From: Microthyrium microscopicum
Taxonomy: Eukaryota
Direction: 5' to 3'
Length of the DNA stretch: 64,000 nt
Assembly (NCBI GenBank): GCA_010405405.1
Contig: MU004240.1
Span: 758,316-822,315 of the forward strand
The notes under the pieces were generated by a model, which was not told the DNA's origin, ran no database searches, and saw only the letters and a list, made by a program, of their open reading frames with translations. Both the position numbers and the translations under genes were made by a program. Position 1 is the first letter of the stretch; each line of letters begins with the position of its first letter. Below, one piece after another: positions 62,312-64,000 of the stretch.

Positions 62312-63061
62312 TCCTAACCCACGACACGGTCGACACTTATGAGGCTTGGAACCGAGATACCCATATTTAGCCTGGAGTTATGTTGCTTTGGTATGCAAAC
62401 ATCATGAAGGACGGTAACAGATAACGACTTACGAACGATAACTTTGAATAAATAGACTTAGCGTTTTGCATGCCTATCTGCTATATTGGGCAAAGTACCA
62501 GAGAATCCAACGTATATGAAAACTGTGTTTTGATTTCTATTCTCGTCATACTTTGCTGCTTACTCAATATCTCAAATGAGAGCTCATCTGTTCTACGTTC
62601 CCACACTATCTGTTCTTTCATGTCTTACTAGGCGTATGTTAACTTTCCGGCTATTGTATCTACTGTTTAGTATCGAGGATGTCTCAGCTTAGATATGAGC
62701 CAGTACATACTCTTGAGAGCGTAGCAATGCCATATTTTACTCATTTATGAACATTCCAGACGACCTCATAGTGTTATAGATGTTCCCCTCCCTTGGCAAT
62801 TTATTCCGATCAAATTGTCAATCAGATTGTTGGTATTTCTGTCTTCGATGCATGTGAGAATTTGTAGAGTTTATATTGCTATCTCCTTTTAAAAAGTCTG
62901 AGCACACGTGTGACCTTTACTGCCACATCTTGATGAGTCCTACAATATGTCTCTATTCAATACCATAATTATCGAGGAGACAATCACATGTCTCAAACCG
63001 CCGTATTAAACATCCACAGCAAACATAAATTGAACCTTTTCCCTCCCCTAAGATATTGCCC

Positions 63062-63712
63062 TTATAGAACCATAACTGCCGCAGCACCCATCAGGGCTGC
63101 CACAGCCAATGGTGCTTGTGTTGCTGCCGCAAATCCAGACTTGGCCGTTGTGCTGGTTGATTTGGCAGTGCTTGCGGCACCGCCGGTTGTTTTGCTAGCT
63201 CCGGGGGCAGAGCTCGTCGCCGCCTTCCTCTTAGTCGCGGTGGGTGCAGCGTCGGGGTTGATAGTGATGCCCTGGGATGCGCAGAGGTTAACGCTGACCT
63301 CTTTCATCTCTAAATCACGAATCAGCAGCCATTCAGTAGGAATATATCGAGTAGAAGAGATAGGTAAACACATCGAGACGTACTTGACAAATCGGATGGT
63401 TGACAGACGCTGTCAGCCTTTGTCAGGCAGCGGGTGACTCTGTCCTGAACTTCTGGAGTGCAAGCACATTTGGCATCGGTGGGTGCGCAACCAGCTTTGG
63501 AAGCGGCTTTCTTGATGCATGCAAACTAGATTTGATATTAGTGAGACTTCTAGACTTGCCCAGCGTGTCACCTCTCCAAAAAACCGTCGCTCATTTGATG
63601 TGGGTCAACTTACAGCGCAGTCCGGAAATCCGGCGACCTTCAACATAGTATCATCTTGAGCGATGACTGTGGTCGCCAGAACGGCAAGAATTGATACAAA
63701 AGTGACCTTCAT
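63062..63712 (-). CDS. Secreted, GPI-anchored CFEM-domain protein
   Basis: Signal peptide MKVTFVSILAVLATTVIA; 8 Cys (PDCA-FAC...GCAPTDAKCAC...RC...VC...LC) across two introns; S/T/A stalk and hydrophobic GPI tail. Confidence 0.88.
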
Positions 63713-64000
63713 TGTGAATATCGAATGCTAAACGAGTGACTGGCTATCTTCAATGAGAATTTCAAAACTGGTGGAAAGAGCGAATTTTCAGTGATTAGAG
63801 TTTGTGAATCGAAAGAGCTCAGAAGCAATATCGACGGGCAGTTGAGATTAATATACCTCTTTGATTGATCGACTGGCTGAAAATTCTTGATCCCCAGCAA
63901 CGGACATTTACTGCGTTGCTTTGTTGGTTGGTGCAATATCGCCACTTGCTTGTCGGAGTCAATATATATTCAACACATGCGCCACTTGGTGCTACGACGA

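Overview
A gene-dense, intron-containing stretch of a filamentous ascomycete (Pezizomycotina) genome with about 26 recognisable protein-coding genes. Introns are short, GT-AG, with CTAAC-type branch points. The housekeeping core includes RIB5, DUS1, RTR1, BBC1, TRF4-type poly(A) polymerase, TOR, HAC1 and ISH1. Metabolic genes include a DUF3445/HRQ protein, epoxide hydrolase, FAD monooxygenase, class III CoA-transferase, fatty alcohol oxidase and a CYP52-like P450. Accessory genes include a HET-domain protein and a CFEM protein. The most interesting items are: (1) a head-to-head pair of an uncharacterised putative membrane protein and a chymotrypsin-fold protease whose catalytic triad is assembled via a 22-nt micro-exon, resembling fungal effector-protease death modules; (2) a HAC1 gene with a 26-nt Ire1-type intron; (3) a TOR kinase with several ATP-pocket substitutions including DFG to DYG; (4) a possible dual-start mitochondrial DUS1; (5) CRE sites upstream of three probable stress genes. 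I recognised no tRNA, rRNA, transposon or CRISPR. All calls come from reading the sequence, without database searches.
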